Shown: positions 33,916 through 48,639 of the stretch, in pieces
How positions within the stretch are numbered: position 1 is the stretch's first letter
How the letters are laid out: the number at the start of each line of letters is the position of its first letter
From: the human T2T-CHM13v2.0 reference genome, Homo sapiens
Assembly: GCF_009914755.1 (NCBI RefSeq)
Contig: NC_060925.1
Strand: one strand, 5' to 3'
DNA: 64,000 nt
Made by a program: the position numbers and the translations under genes
The notes under the pieces: generated by a model
Told to the model about the DNA's origin: nothing
Seen by the model: only the letters and a program-made list of their open reading frames with translations
Database searches by the model: none

Positions 33916-35389
33916 GTCACCATGTAGATTTCAAAAATGAATAAATAAATAATAGCATATATTCATCTGTCAGAATTCTTAATTATACTGTTTATTAAAA
34001 TATATGGTACAGTTAGTTTCCCCTTACCTTCTAGAATTTTTTTCCCTTATGGAAACATTTTTGGTCACTTTATATTCTATGGCTGTTTCAGTTCAATTCA
34101 ACTAAATTAAACATATGCCCACAAGCAATATAGGGTAAAGTCAGAACTAATATTTTTCTTTATTAAGAAGGGAGACGATGTCTCTCTCTCTTTTCTTATA
34201 ATTTTTAACAATTTGCCAAATTGCAAAGTGCATTAAAACATTCTTAGATATTGCCAAAAATTCCTAATTTACCTAGACCTACTAACTCTGGCTGAATGAT
34301 GATAAATTTAATAAGCTGTGGAACACATCGGTTTCTCTCGTGAGATGATTTTTAAACATCCTATCCTTGTTAATTTTCCTGAGAAATAACCTACATTGTC
34401 TACAGATTTTTAACATAATTTAGTAAATGTATAAAAAATGAACACAATTTCCTAAATATACTGTATTTATTTTAAATTTTAGTTTATTTTCTGAGAAAAT
34501 GGAGAGGTTCAAATGATTATCTCTAAAGTCCCTTATGTTCTCAATGTTCTATCCTTCCCTATCTTCAGCATCATCAGACCACATATGAGGCCAGAGGGTG
34601 ACCTGTGTTAAGTCCGAGGTGTATGGTAATAACAGCTGCCGTTTACTGAGGACGTTAGTAAGTGTTTTCCATACACATCTCTCATAATCTATTCAGCAAA
34701 TCTATGGAGCAGATATTATTATGAAGCAATATAAATTATTGTTGTCATACAGCTACCATTTTAAAGGGTAAAGGGAAAACAGGCACCTTAACCAAGAAAA
34801 GTAAATTCTATCTCTAAGGTTACTAAAACTGCCGAAGACTTAGTTACTGTAACTGTGAGAAGTTACTTTTTTATATAAGCACTTCTTAATATTTTCTTCA
34901 TTACTTGACTAACTTAGATATTGCCCATCAAAGTAATTGCCCATTTCTGGTACTAAATTGATCAATCACATCGTGTAAAAATTATTATTCTCAACTTTTC
35001 TCAAAGACGTTAATCTCTGCTTGATATTCAGGTCTTTTTACAAAATATAACACTTCAGTTTGTCATTTCTTCATATGCTTGCTGTGGTAAGTAAGCTGAT
35101 TTATTGCTGAGGAATACTAGGATCACTATTTGTAAAATAATTGATAGTTATAAATCTCATAATAATTAACTTTTACTTGAAAGTTCAAGCCACTCAGAAG
35201 TGTGAGAAGGAATTGCTTTAAAATAATGATTAAGTCATTTAGTTTTTAACAATAAAAATAGTCCTGCAACAAGTTGAATGCTCACATATAATTAGGTCAA
35301 GATAAAACAATCTGTCTCCTCTAGGGATGACTGATTCCTCTTCAGCCTTCTTAATTAGTAGTTTTCTAAATTTTCTGCTTCCGGGCTAA

Positions 35390-36830
35390 CATACATTGGG
35401 GAAAGGGCACCCTTTTCAATAATTGGTTCGGGAAAAAATGGAAAATCCGATGTGGAAGACTAAAACTGGACCTCTATTTCTCACCATATACAAAAATAAA
35501 CTCAACATGGATTAAAGACGTACACATATGACTCAAAACCATAAAACTTCTAGAGGAAAACATACGGAAAGCACTTCAGGACGTTGGTCTAGATAAAGAT
35601 TTTATAGCTTAGACCTCAGAAGCACAGGCAACAAAAACAAAAAAATAGACAAATGAGACTGTATTGAACTAAAAATCTTCTGCAAAGCCAAGAACACCAT
35701 CAATACAATTAAGAGACAACTTGTTGAATGGGAGAACACATTTGCAAACTATTCATCTGACAAGAGACTAATATCCAGAATATATAAGTAATTCAAACAA
35801 CTCAATAGAAAAAAACACAAGATATCCAATAAAAAGTAGCCAAAGGACATGAATAAACATTTCTCAAAAGAAGATCTACAAATGACCAACAGGTATAAGA
35901 AAAAATGTTCAACATCACTAATCATCTGAAAAATGCTGAGTCAAAACCATAATGTGATATCATCTCATCTCAGTTAGTATGGCAATTAAAAAGACACAAT
36001 TAACAGATGCTCGTGAGGATCCAGATAAGAGGGAACTCTCATACTTTATTGATGGGAATGTAAATCGGTATAACCACTATGGAAAAAATATAGAGATTTC
36101 TCAAAATACTAAAATTAGCAGTACCATATGATCCAACAATGCCACCACTGGATATTTATCCAAAAAAATAAAAATAAAACATTCCATAAAGGGATACCTG
36201 TACTCTCATGTTTATTGCAACATTAGTCACAATATGAAATATATGGAATCAACCTATATCAGTTCATGTGCCTATCAGTTGATGAATGAATAAAGAAAAT
36301 CTGGTGTATATACACAATGGAATACTCTTTGACCATAAAAAAAAGAGAAATCATCTTATTTGCTACAGTATGGATGGTACTGGAACTCATCATATTAAGT
36401 AAAATAATACAAGCACAGAAGGACAAATATAGCTTGCTATCACTCCTAAGTGGCAGCTAAAAATGTTTATCTCATAGAACTAGAGAATATAACGGTAGAT
36501 AACAGAAGTTGGGATGGTTGTGTGGGTGGGGATGGAGGGGATAAAGTGAAGGTGGTTAAGAGGTATAAACACACAGCTGGATAGAAGGAATAATTTCCAA
36601 CGTTTGATAGCAGAGTAGAGTGACTATAGTTAACAATAATGTATATGTATTTCAAAACTGGAAGAGAGGGCTGAAATGTTCCCAACACACAGAAATGATA
36701 GATACTTGAGGTGATGGATACCCCCAAATACCCTGACTTGATCCTTACATGATGAATGCATGTAACAAACAAAATATCACATATAGATATCATATATCAC
36801 ATAGATATATATGTAGAAATATGTATTGAA
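35390..36830 (+). mobile_element. L1MA4A-like 3' portion, followed by a GA-rich tail to ~36900
   Basis: ORF2 tail; 3' UTR 'gtttgatagcagagtagagtgactatagttaac...aaatgttcccaacacacagaaatg'. Confidence 0.82.
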
Positions 36831-36899
36831 AGAAAGAAAAAGAAAGAAAGGAAAGAAAGAAGAAAGGAAGGAAAAAGGTGGAAGAAGTGAAGAGAAAAC

Positions 36900-38660
36900 A
36901 CGAAAACATTCTGAATACAAAAGTAAGTAATGGCATTATAAAATAAATTTGAAAATTAATTACTTAAAATAAGGAAAGAGTTCTAATGCACTGTGAAAAT
37001 TATATTCTAACTTTGTACAGCAATCAAATAAATATATAATGGGAGACAAAAAAGAATTTTAAAATGAGATATGAAACTTGGAAGAGATGACAGATGAGAA
37101 AAAATCATCACCAACGTAAGTACCATTTATGTTTTTATGGGTCATTTGAATAAAATAATTACTGGAGGTAAATTACAAATAAATAAGCAGACCAACAAAT
37201 CTAGGAGAAAAAGAAAGCAAAAATTTAAATCACAAAATAATACAAATTATTAATAGGCAAATGGGAATATCACAGACATTATAGAAGTTATAATGTTTTA
37301 GAAATAATTCAGTATTCATTTTTGTTTAAAATGAAATCTTTAAAAATTAATGTAAATCCCATAAATGATTTAAAGCTCTCTTTAAGTCAGTAGAGAACAT
37401 TTTATTTAATGAAGAAACATTAAGGAATCTCAGTAATATCTGAATTACATCAAAAATAATCATTCTCACAATTATCACTTTTTCTGGAAATTATAGCTGA
37501 ATGCAATACATGACAAAATTGTATATATAATAATATATATAGACAAAAACATACACATATATTTATACACACAGTAAAAGAAATGTGTGTCTTTATGTGT
37601 GTGCATACAGGAAATAAAAATCATCATAATTTGCAAATGATATTAGAGAAAATAAAATACAAAAAAAAAATTGAAAAACTCAAGATGGTCTCTAGTATGT
37701 AACCAAGTATTCCCAAATCAGTTATTCCAATATTACAGTAAATATCTGTTTAAATATGATATTTTTTAAAAGTATGAAACAATGAAAAAATGTAAAATAA
37801 ATAGAAATAAAATTAGTAGGAAAGGCTCTGGATCAGGATAAAGAAAACTAAAATTTTACTGAAGTGCATAAATAACAATTTGATAAGTAAAGAAATACAC
37901 ACAAATATCCCGATTTGAAAAATAAATATATTTGAAAAATAAATATATTAAAAATGTTCATTATTTTAAAATAAATTTATAAATTACAGTGCATGATTAA
38001 CAGAATCTATAACAGATTACATAATTATGAAATATTCCTAGAGCTTATATATAAAAAGGTAGCCAAGATATTGTTGAAAAAAATAGAATGATTCACATTA
38101 TCAACTAAAAAAAGTACTATAAAACTTCCATAAGGAAAAGGTTTTAATAGTATCAAAATAATTGTCTTAAGATAATTTTAAAAATAGACAAAAACATGTA
38201 AATCTATCTTTTTATATTACTAAAGTAGGAAATGTTATCATTGAGGATAAAATGAATTATTGTGTAAATGATTAGACAACTGTTTAAATATTTAGAATAC
38301 AAAGTTTCATTTCTTATCCTCCCATGCCTGCTCCCCCACATGTAAATCACAGAACTAAAGTGCCAAAACTTAAAAAAAAGTATGAAATGATCATAATTGA
38401 ATATATATCTCATATCAGTCTTACATCCATAATATATTTTCTGAAATATCGTATCTATTATAATTCTGTTTCAGAAAAATATTTAGTTACATAGAAAGTT
38501 ATTTGCAACATGTTAAAGAATAGTTTATATAAATATATCAATAACAATTATTTATCAGGGATCGAATTTTTAGACATTTTTACATTCTTTAATTTCTTCT
38601 GTATTTTGTAAAATTTTTACAATGTATATATGAAATTTTAAAAAATTGTAAATGAATATA
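36900..38660 (+). mobile_element. Very decayed L1M/L1ME ORF2 fragments
   Basis: A-rich strand; relics 'tttgcaaatgat' (FADD-like) and 'gtagccaagatattgttgaaaaa'. Confidence 0.4.
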
Positions 38661-39509
38661 TTTGCTTCTTTAAATAGATAAAATATTTTTCTTTTGCACT
38701 ACACTATGTCATAAAATGTATATATATTACAGGTATAGTGATCTATAACTAGCCTTCTATTTAATATCTGTTCCACATAATAGATGAGTAAATAAAAGCA
38801 AAAAAAGAAACAACACACTGATGAACTGAGTTTTTATTACACTATCTCTAAAGCAATCATCTCTTCTCTAGTATTTAATCTTTTAGCCCCACTTGTAAGG
38901 TCAAGTCTTTTTTGCTTAGTCTCATTTATTGTTTGATATCTGTCAAATTCTGAGAATGTGAGTAGGTTGCAAGGTGAAGCAAGATTTTTGCAGGAGAAGC
39001 AAGATTTAATGACACTAGTGTTGTACTCTAACTATTAATGAACAAATGATACCCTGGCTGAGTTAGACACATTCTGACACCCAGAAGGAGATGATGTAGT
39101 CAACAATTCAGAACATATTTAAATATAAAGAAATAAATTTGAGAATATTTATTTATTTTTATTTCAGGATTTAATACAATTACAACATTTTCATACAATA
39201 TAGTATAAAAATTATTTTTCCTATAAGGTCCTTTAATGACCCTCTTCCTATATCAGAAGTATTTAGGTAAATACATATTAGGTAACTGGAACTTTTCAAA
39301 TTTAAAATTCCATGAAGTATTCATTACATGAACTTTCTATGTAAGATACAGGATAAAATATTCTCTTGTATATACTTGATCACTTCTATATACCTTTTGT
39401 CCCACAATGGAATGTAAGCTTGTTGAGTTTGCCTATTTTGTTTTTGTATTCTACAACAATGCCATTAGAGACATTTAAGTATTTATTGAGTAAAATAGCT
39501 AGTTAGTAG

Positions 39510-39950
39510 CATAATTTAAACAGCACAAAAAGGAATTTCATGTGCAATCGATTTTTTTTGAGGGAATATCTGCAAAGGATAAAAGAAAGAAGAGTATGCA
39601 GGGAGAAACAACAGCTTATGATACTGTTCTGTTACCAGTGAAATGGACAGAAAGGGAAGCATTGGGTAAGAATATTAGACTACAACACATTTCTAAGAAA
39701 GTTTCAGCTAGGCAAACAAGCACTCCCTGAGTTAACATTGCTCAATTGAGAAGTTCTGAATCCCATCCTAATGGGCTGGCACTAGTATCTCCATTGGGCT
39801 TAGTTATTGGTTGAGAGCAAGCCAGGTTATACATGGCCTTGAAACAAAATTATGATTACTCCAAAAGAAAAGTGGCTGGGGCTATGAATCAATTATGCTC
39901 CCTGTAGCAGTTTCCCGTGAAGGAGAACTTAAATGCTAATTCTGATAGCA
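39510..39950. mobile_element. Old MLT1-type LTR
   Basis: 'tgtgcaatcgattttttttgaggg...agtttcagctaggc...ctggcactagtatctcca'. Confidence 0.4.
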
Positions 39951-40027
39951 ATAAAACAATATTTAAAAAATACATATTAACAGGTGAACATTTGATCAAT
40001 GAAGAAATAAACAAAAGTCAACTTTCT

Positions 40028-40119
40028 ATGATATATACATATATCAAAACATCACATTTACTTACCCAGTGAATATACACAACAATTGTCAATTAAAAAA
40101 ATAAATACATGTATTTTTT
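40028..40119 (+). mobile_element. ~90-bp L1MA-type extreme 3' end with a 15-bp TSD
   Basis: 'tatatcaaaacatcaca...aatatacac...tgtcaattaaaaaaataaa' flanked by aaaagtcaactttct / aaaagttgactttct. Confidence 0.75.
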
Positions 40120-40154
40120 AAAAGTTGACTTTCTGATGGCACCAAAATTCCATA

Positions 40155-42584
40155 CACTGTGGTTAGGCTTTGTGTCTCCACTCAAATCTCATCTTGAATT
40201 TTAATCCCCATAATTACCCAAATCCCTATGTGTCAAGGGAGAGACCAGGAGGAAGTAATTAGATCATGGGGGCAGTTTCCCCCATGCTGTTCTCATGATA
40301 GTGAGTTCTCATGAGATCTGATGGTTTTATAAGTATTTGGTACTTCCTCTTGTGGTCATTCTCCTTCCTGATGCCTTGTGAAGGTTGTTTGCTTCCCCTT
40401 TGCCTTCCACCATGATTGTAAATTTCCTGATACCCCCACCCCCAGACATGCTAAACTGTGGGTCAATTAAACCTCTTTCCTTTTTATACCCAGTCTCAGG
40501 TCGTTCTTTATAGCAGTGTGTAAACAGGCTAATAGAGTAAATTGATACCACAGAAAGTGGGGTACTGCTATTAAGATACCCATAAATATGGAAGGGATAT
40601 TGGAACTGTAACAGACAGAGGCTGGAACAGTTTGGAGGGCTCAGAAGAAGACAAAAAAATGTGGGAAAGTTTGAATCTTTGTAGAAACTTGGAGGGCTCA
40701 GAAGACAGGAAGATATGAAAACATTTGGAACTTCCTTGAGACTTGTTGAATGGCTTTGACCAAAATGCTGATAGTGATATGGACAATGAACAGCTGAGGT
40801 GGCCTCAGATGGGGATGAGGAACTTGTTGGGAACTGGAATAAAGGTGACTCTTGCTATGCTTTTGCAAAGACACTGGTGGCATTTTGACCCTGCCCTAGA
40901 GATCTGTGGAACTTCCACCTTGAGAGAGATAATTTAGGGTATCGGGCAGAGGAAATTTCTAAGCAGCAAAGAAATCAAGAGGTAACCTGATGCTCTTAAA
41001 AGCATTCAGTTTTATGTATTCACAAAGAGATGGTTTGAAATTGGAACTTATGTTTAAAAGGGAAGCAGAGAACAAAAGTTTGAAAAAATTGCAGCCTGAA
41101 GATGTGGTAGAAAAGAAAAATCAATTTTCTGGGGAGAAATTCAAGCCAGCTGCAGGAATTTGCAAAAATAACGAGGAACAGAATGTTAATCACCAAGACA
41201 ATGGGAAAAACATCAGGGCATGTCAGAGACCTTCTCAGCAGCCCCTCCTCTCACAGGCCTGAGGCCTAGGAGGTAAAAATGGTTTCATGGGCCTGGGCCT
41301 TGCTGCTCTGTGCAGCCTAGGGACTTGGTTTTCTGTGTCCTAGCTACTCCAGCAACAGCCATGGCTAAAAAGGCCAAGGTACAGCTTGGGCCATTGCTTC
41401 AGTGGGGTGCAAGCCCCAAGCCTTGGTAGCTTCTGTGGTGTTGGTCCTGCCAGTACATGGAAGACAAGAATTGAGATTTGGATATCTACACCTAGATATC
41501 AGAAGTTGTATGGAAATTTCTGGATATCTAGGCAGAAACTATCAGAGGTGGAGATCTCATGGAGAATTTCTGCTAGAACAGTGCAAAAGGGGAATGTGGG
41601 ATTGGAGCCCCCACACATAGTACTCACTGGAGCACTGCCTATTGGAGCTGTGGGAAGTGGGCCACTGTCCTCCAGAACCCGGAATAGTAGATATACTGAC
41701 AGCTTTCCACCTGGAAAAGCCACAGACACTGACCACCAGCAGTGAAAGCAGCTGGGAGGGGCATTGTACCCTGCAAAGCCACAGGGGTGGAGCTGCCCAA
41801 AGTCCTGCGGTGCTCATCTCTTGCTTCAGCATGATCTGAATGTGAGACACGGAGTCAAAGGAGATCATTTTGGATCTTTACAATTTTATGACTCCCCAGA
41901 TGGATTTCAGAATCGCATGGGACCTGTAGCCCCTTTGTTTTGGTTAATTTCTCCCATTTGGAACAGGAACATTTACTCAATGCTTGTACCTGCATTGTGT
42001 CTTGAAAGTAACTAATTTGCTTTGGATTTTATAGGCTCCTAGGTGGAAGGGTCTTGTCTTGTCTCAGATGTTACTTTGGACTTGAACTTTGGGGTTAATG
42101 CTGGAATGAATTATTCCCCAAATCCCCCAAAGAGTTTGGGGGACAGTTGGGAAGGCAGGATTGGTTTTGTAATGTGAAAGAGACATGAGATTTGGGAGGG
42201 GTCGGGGCAGAATGGTATGAGGAGGCTTTGTGCCCCATGAAAGTCAAATCATGAATTATAATCCCCATAATCTCCAAGTATGAAGGAAGAGAATAAGTCG
42301 AGGTAATAGGATCATGGGGACATTTTCCCCCATATTATTCTCATGATGGTGAGTGAATTCTCATGAGATCTGATGGTTTTATAAGTATTTTGTAGTTTCT
42401 CTTGTGGTCATTCTCCTTGCTGCCTTGTGGAGAAGGTGCCTTGCTTCCCCTTCGCCTTCTGCCATAATGGTAAATTTCCTGAGGCCTCCCCAGCCAGGCT
42501 AAAATGTGAGTCAATTAATCTTTCCTTTACCAATTACCCAGACTCACGCAGTTCTTTATAGCAGTGTGAAAATGGACTAATGCA
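40155..42584 (+). mobile_element. Full-length THE1 (C/D-like) provirus: 5' LTR 40155-40536, internal region, 3' LTR 42213-42584
   Basis: Two LTRs; 'gtaaattgatacc' after the 5' LTR; purine tract 'ggggcagaa' before the 3' LTR; 5-bp TSD ccata (40150-40154 / 42585-42589). Confidence 0.92.
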
Positions 42585-42644
42585 CCATATTTGATAGTCT
42601 GATTTTTAAAGATTACTGTTATGTAAAACACATGTTAAGTGTTA

Positions 42645-43272
42645 TGTGTCATCGTAACTAGACTGAGCTAAACTTTTGAGAAGTTCCTATCTTATATGTT
42701 TCTAATGTGGACACATTAGAAGATTGTTAGGAGAAGGTTCTTGGGAGATTTGGAGGGTAAATGGAAGGTAGCAACCATTTTCTCTCTCTCTCTCGTGTGT
42801 GTTCTCTGTGTAAGTCACACACACACACAGACACACACGCATGTTTGTTGATCTGATGACTCATTTCAATGCCATGAAGCAGTAGCTGGATGTGTAACTG
42901 CTCTACCTATTCTTGTGTTTTCCTTCAGCATGTTTGACTCCTTGGAAAGGTTCAGTTTTCTAACACAAGGCCCCTGCTTCTGCATGATACTCTTAATGCC
43001 AAAGTCAAAGGCAAGAAGAATGGCTGGTTTCAGTTTAGGGTTCCAGTTTATTCTGTCATTGCTGCCTGCCTTTGATATTCCTCCTTCACATCTATCAGCT
43101 GCTTACCCTGCAACTTCAAGATTACACATCAGATGTGGATACAAAAAGCATTATAAAGGCTTTTTAACAACCTCCTGTGATTGTATGAGGCTGATTTCCT
43201 GCAACAAAAATATGTAATATATAACCAAGTGGTTTTGCTCTTCTGGTTGAACAATGGCTGCCGGCTGATACA
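42645..43272. mobile_element. Old ERVL-type LTR (family uncertain)
   Basis: tgtgtc...ctgataca termini and 'ggagatttggaggg' motif. Confidence 0.4.
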
Positions 43273-43939
43273 ATAGGGATATTGTTTGGGCCACAATGCT
43301 TTATTATATAACAAAATATAACTTGAAACCTGGGACGAAATAGAAGACAGAGATGATTACTTATTATGTGTTTTTCAGGAAGAAAAAGCTGATATGCCTT
43401 TAATAATTTCCTATTATATTTTAAGAATATTCTTTGTCATGTTTCATTCTTGTCTTTTGGTACCTAGCCCACATTTAGTAATAAGTAATAACCCAGAAAC
43501 TTCACATTGCACTGGAACATCAAAATAACAAAGTCCATGACAAGATGAAGGCCACACTTTGTTTAACATCTGTTATACTACTATTTTCTCATTCTTCACC
43601 TTTCTTTCACTTGGTGGCCCTCTCCTAAAGACACACATATTCCCCCAGCTGTCTATTCTTTTGTACCTTCTAAAACATATAGGCAAAATATTTAAATCTG
43701 TTGAATTTAGGCAGAGAGGATTTTTTTTAATTCACATCTTAAGGTCATTTTATAATACAAAGTAAGAGTAAAGAAAACACATCTAATTTTATTTCATACA
43801 TCAAATACTTCAAGAATTGTGATGTTTTTCTATGAAGTGTCTTCTCAATAAAAATGATTCAACAAGTGACAAGTTACTTTTATTTTTAGAGATTCTTACA
43901 ATTTATAACACATAAAAAATTTATAAATGTATTAACTTT

Positions 43940-45770
43940 CATCTTCAAATCAGCTGTTTTGGCTGTTCCAGGATAATGGAGGTAGGTTTCATAAATATGT
44001 TTCCTTTGCTAGCTGACATTGTGTTAAGCCATGTTAGTAGAGGGTGCTCAAGAAACACAAGAGGAGGAGGGGGATTTTTCTTCCTGATGCCACTGTGTCT
44101 CACTTTCCAGATTTCTAAGGAATGTGCTTTTTCCAGCACTTGTCTCCTTAACCTACACAGTTTTCTCTACCTCTAGGCACCTGCAATGCACACTTCCTAC
44201 AAAACTTGGCTTATGCAAAGTGCATAGCTTCTTTTCTGCTAGTTTCCTGAAGGGCACAGCTTTCTCTAGCACCTGACTTCAGCACAGTGTATTTTCTCAA
44301 GCATCCAGCCCCTGAAGATATGCCCCCACTATCTGGTTTCTTCTGATAGCAGCAGAAAGAAACACTCATCAGCCTGCAAATTCTCCCTGTCATCTCTCTT
44401 GGAAGCTTTGCAGTGGAATGCCACAGATGAGGCACATTCACACGAACAGACTCCCCAGCATCCATACAAGGGACAGTAAAGTGAGGGTTTTTTTGTTTGT
44501 TTGTTTTTTTGTTTTGTTTTGTTTTTTATACTTTAAGTTCTAGGGTACATGTGCACAACGTGCAGCTTTGTTACATATGTATACATGTGCCATGTTGGTG
44601 TGCTGTACCTGATAACTCATCATTTACATTAGGTATATCCCCCAGTGCTATCCCTCCCTCCTCCTCCCACCCCCTGACAGGCCCCGGTGTGTGATGTTCT
44701 CCACCCTCTGTCCAAGTGTTCTCATTGCTCGATTCCCACCTATGAGTGAGAACATGCAGTGTTTGGTTTTCTGTCCTTGCGATAGTTTGCTCAGAATGAT
44801 GGTTTCCAGCTTCTTCCATGTTCTAGTAAAGTGAGTTTTAAGGCCCATCCCCTCTCCGTGGATGAGTTTCTCTTACAACCCAGAAAAAAAAAAATGTAGC
44901 AAGTTATACCACCGAGTCACCTCCGTATCTTATGTGGCATCTTGTGATTTGAGGATATGACTCCTCCAAAAAGATCTCAGTTCCAGTCTTGACATGATGA
45001 GGAAGTCTCTTTCTTAGGTCCTTTTATTCCAGCCTCATGAGCAGTAGCTAATTCCTACACCTGCTTTTTCTGTGTTCTTTAATGCTCTTTTTAACTCTTG
45101 TTAGCCAATTCACCATTCTCCAATCTCCTGTCAATTATTCTTTATATTAAAGATTTTATATTCAAATTACCTCATGGTTTCTCCCCACTACTTAACCTTA
45201 ACAGATACAGAATTGATACCTAGATTAGTTTCAGTACATTGACTCACAAAGATGGAAATTCGTGATTGGCTTGTTTGCACCCATAAATGCAATGTTGGCC
45301 TTCATATCCATGGAAAATGGGATGTTAGTAATCACATCATGTAATAACATCACAGTTCATGAAGTTATCATTTGTGGTTACATGTAATAAAATACAAACT
45401 GAAGCACACGCTTTGGAAGTGCAACTGGATGCTTGCACTTGATGTTTATGGTGGTAGTATGGCCACACACCATGTGATAATAGATGGATTTTTTGCATAA
45501 ATTTGAGTAATTATACAAATAGAATGACAAGAACGGGTACATTAACTCTCAACTCTATTCACAGTCTGAGGACCAGAGAGTTTTCATGACCACCCGAAAA
45601 CAATCTCTTATTTTTTGTTGGCCATAGAGCTAATATTGCTGAAAATTGAAAAGAAAAATTAATGTGCATGCTACTGATATATAATATGTAAATACACAGC
45701 TTTGCCAAATTTTCACATGAAAGTTAGGCATTCCTTTCTTAATAATGTGATCCTGAAACTTGAAATAAAG
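43940..45770 (+). mobile_element. Old ERVL LTR (LTR33-group-like, to 45209) plus adjoining internal remnant, split by an L1PA
   Basis: LTR end 'ggtttctcc...aacagataca' followed by 'gaattgatacc'; downstream 'gaatgacaag...attaactctcaact' resembles ERVL gag. Confidence 0.5.
44488..44824 (-). mobile_element. L1PA (PA6-like) 3' end, ~340 bp, with TSD
   Basis: 'ttatactttaagttctagggtacatgtgcac'; TSD core agtaaagtgag (44475-44485 / 44825-44835). Confidence 0.92.
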
Positions 45771-48639
45771 GTATATATTTTAAAATACACATATACATAT
45801 TTGTATACCGATTCATAGATTTTAGTAATTTTCTTAGTGCAAATAGTTCTTTCAGAGCTGATTTCAAGCCACTAATGTGAAGTCACTAAAAACAGAGTTG
45901 GAATGAGTTGTGCAAAATCAGCACTGTCTGGCTGGTATGAACATCTCCTGCACATCAAGGATTCCACTCCAACAATGCATGTTAAGAGACTCCCAGGGTT
46001 GATCTCAATGGTACGGTTATCAAATATTTGTGTAAGGACTTGCTAAACTCTAAGGTTAAATACGCATAGCCACAAGACATTTTGTAAAATAGAAGAAAAT
46101 GAAGAGAAATTCTCAATATAAAGAAAGAAAAATAGTATATATATATATATATATATTTGATAAAATACAAAAATTATAAACGAACTAATTGTTTGATAAC
46201 TGACCATAATTCTTAGATGTTTGGACCTGCTTTAATTTACATGTTGACCACAATGTTTGATATCATTTCAAGCCACGGGTCAGACAGACATATAAATGAA
46301 CACTGGCATATGTACAGACTGTTGGTATTGATATGAAATGTAGGATAATATAATTTGATGTAGAGATATAAAGATTTAGAGAGCTGAAATCACTCAACCC
46401 CCAAAAGTATATCATACGTGCTGAAATTTATATTTTTAGTTCGTACTCTGTGATTTGACTTAAGCAATCCACTTCTATTTTAATTACCACCGATTTTAAT
46501 AACTTACAATTCAATCTAATTTCAATCTACATAGAACTATCATATATTTTACCTTAAATTAAAAATATTATACCCCAAACCAAATCGATCTAAATTCCCT
46601 TTGAAAATAGAAAGAAGTGTGCATTATTTAAGAATAAAGAAAAAGCCTGGAAGCTTATGGTAAGCAAATATGTAAATATATCAATAAATAAAAAATAATG
46701 TTCAACAGGCAATATAGGGGATATACAAAAGATAACAGCCATGCCACATCTTTGTGCAACTCCTGCTGTGGATAAATACAAATTATCCAACAGTCAGAAA
46801 ATCAAACATGTACTTTAATCATCTTTTACAAGAATATTTGTGCATTTCTAAGAAAGATTTTCTGGAAACATACAAACTAATGCCTGCAAATTAATGTTGT
46901 ATAGAGTCTTGAGCTCTCTCTCTGTCACAAGATTATAAAAGCTCGATTAAATAACAAACAAGGGGTTTTGCCGGGGATGAATTTAATCTGAGAACTACAA
47001 GAGAGAGCACTGTCTCTTCTGAGTATATCTTTACCTCAAATAATTTCAAATTTCCTCAAAGAATTATGTTGTGTTGGCATATTTTGATGTACTAGAAGAG
47101 CTCCAAATTGAATGTGCTAGGGAGTTTTAGGAAAAAGAAAAATAATCAGAAACACATGCAACAAAGGGAATTGTGAATGGAAAGCCAAGCATGACCTTTC
47201 ACTGTGGCTGGTACGTCCCCTAATGCTGCACTTTGGATGGCATTCTTCAGGGCCATTTCAAGTGCTCCAGTTAAAGTAGAACAGGTCTAAATCACTGGCA
47301 CATAAAGTTTCTTTTAAAAGTGAATTTTCTGGTCACTAAGCAGGCAACCTTTAAGACCAGACTAAGCAGGTTGTTTTCTTCAATATGCAGCACACATTGA
47401 AAATGTGAAATATGAGGAAGACAAAGCTAGGGTTTATTTACTCATGTGGAAAAGGACAGGAGAATTCACAATAGAATTCTTATTATTCTATTTTCTTTTT
47501 ATTGTCTATGTTTCAAGTACAGAAACCATCATTTTATTCCTAAAATCACCTACTCTGATCTTTTTTCTCTATTCTATTGTAGGGCTTTCTAATTTTTTTC
47601 ACTCTTAAACAATCACCATGGACACATACCCTAGTTCTGTCGGTTTTTTATCTGATCTTTGCGTTTTACTGAATGCATTTTCAGATATATTTAAGAAAAG
47701 AAAAAGATTAATTTGTCAACTAATTGATTTGATTAACTGTAAGCAAGATTGATGCCTGTGATCTGCTTAAATAATGACAAACAGAGGCATAACCTGGAAG
47801 TCACCTTAGAGTTTAGAGTCTAGTGAAAAAGATTAATATTGCTCATATAGCTATTCAAGTTAATGTAACATTGCAAAATTAGCAAGTGCCATGAATAAGA
47901 GATAATTGGCACCATACAAGCATCTGTGAGGGTATTGATGCACTCAGGGAGGACAAGGAAGTTATCCCTTTGGAAATGGGTTATTGGCCTTGGGTGTGGA
48001 TATGAATATGTTAACTGGAAGAAGAAGGAAGGTAAGAAACGCAGAAGTAACCACAAGTACAAAATTTTCATAGTGAGAGGGAGCAGGAGTGAAAAGAGAA
48101 AGGAGGCTTGAGAACTTAGTGCACCCTTTTGCATAAAATTTTAAATTGTGTTTAAAGAAATATTTTTTTCTTAAAAGAAAATGGGATACCATGGAGATCT
48201 TTTAATAAGTAAATACCAAATGATCATATGTTCGTTTCAAAATTATTTATCTAGCTGCAATGAGGATGAAAAATTTAAAGAAGGGAAGAACTGATACCAT
48301 TTCATCACTTAGAAATTGTCAGGTAGTCTCAGAAAAGAGTATGTTTGCATGGAGCCCATTAGATTATGGAGATGGGGAGACATGTGTGGATTTGAATAAT
48401 TCTTTTCTTGTGAAACCACAAGTATTAACATTTTGTTGATATGCAGTTAAAATGTATCTACTTATTTATTATCTGCCTACTTTAATATGTGGATGTGTGC
48501 GTTCTTTTTATCTATATTATCTACACCCTCAATTAGACAACACATGACTTAATGAAAATTAAAAATATATATATTTCATTTCATTCTGTTGTAAGTAAAG
48601 AAGGAGCTACAGATCTCTGTGTGTCAGGAAGCAAGTCGA

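Noticed and set aside
37914-37950. 17-bp tandem duplication (ttgaaaaataaatatat); also a 10-bp duplication near 57705
   Set aside because: Ordinary slippage in A-rich sequence.
40630-40745. Duplicated 'ttggagggctcagaaga' block in the THE1 internal region
   Set aside because: As I recall this is a common THE1-int variant, so it is not locus-specific.
40571-42277. Cluster of overlapping 60-120-aa ORFs
   Set aside because: These are fragments of the decayed MaLR internal region; the same applies at 2.5-3.9 kb and 51.9-52.7 kb.
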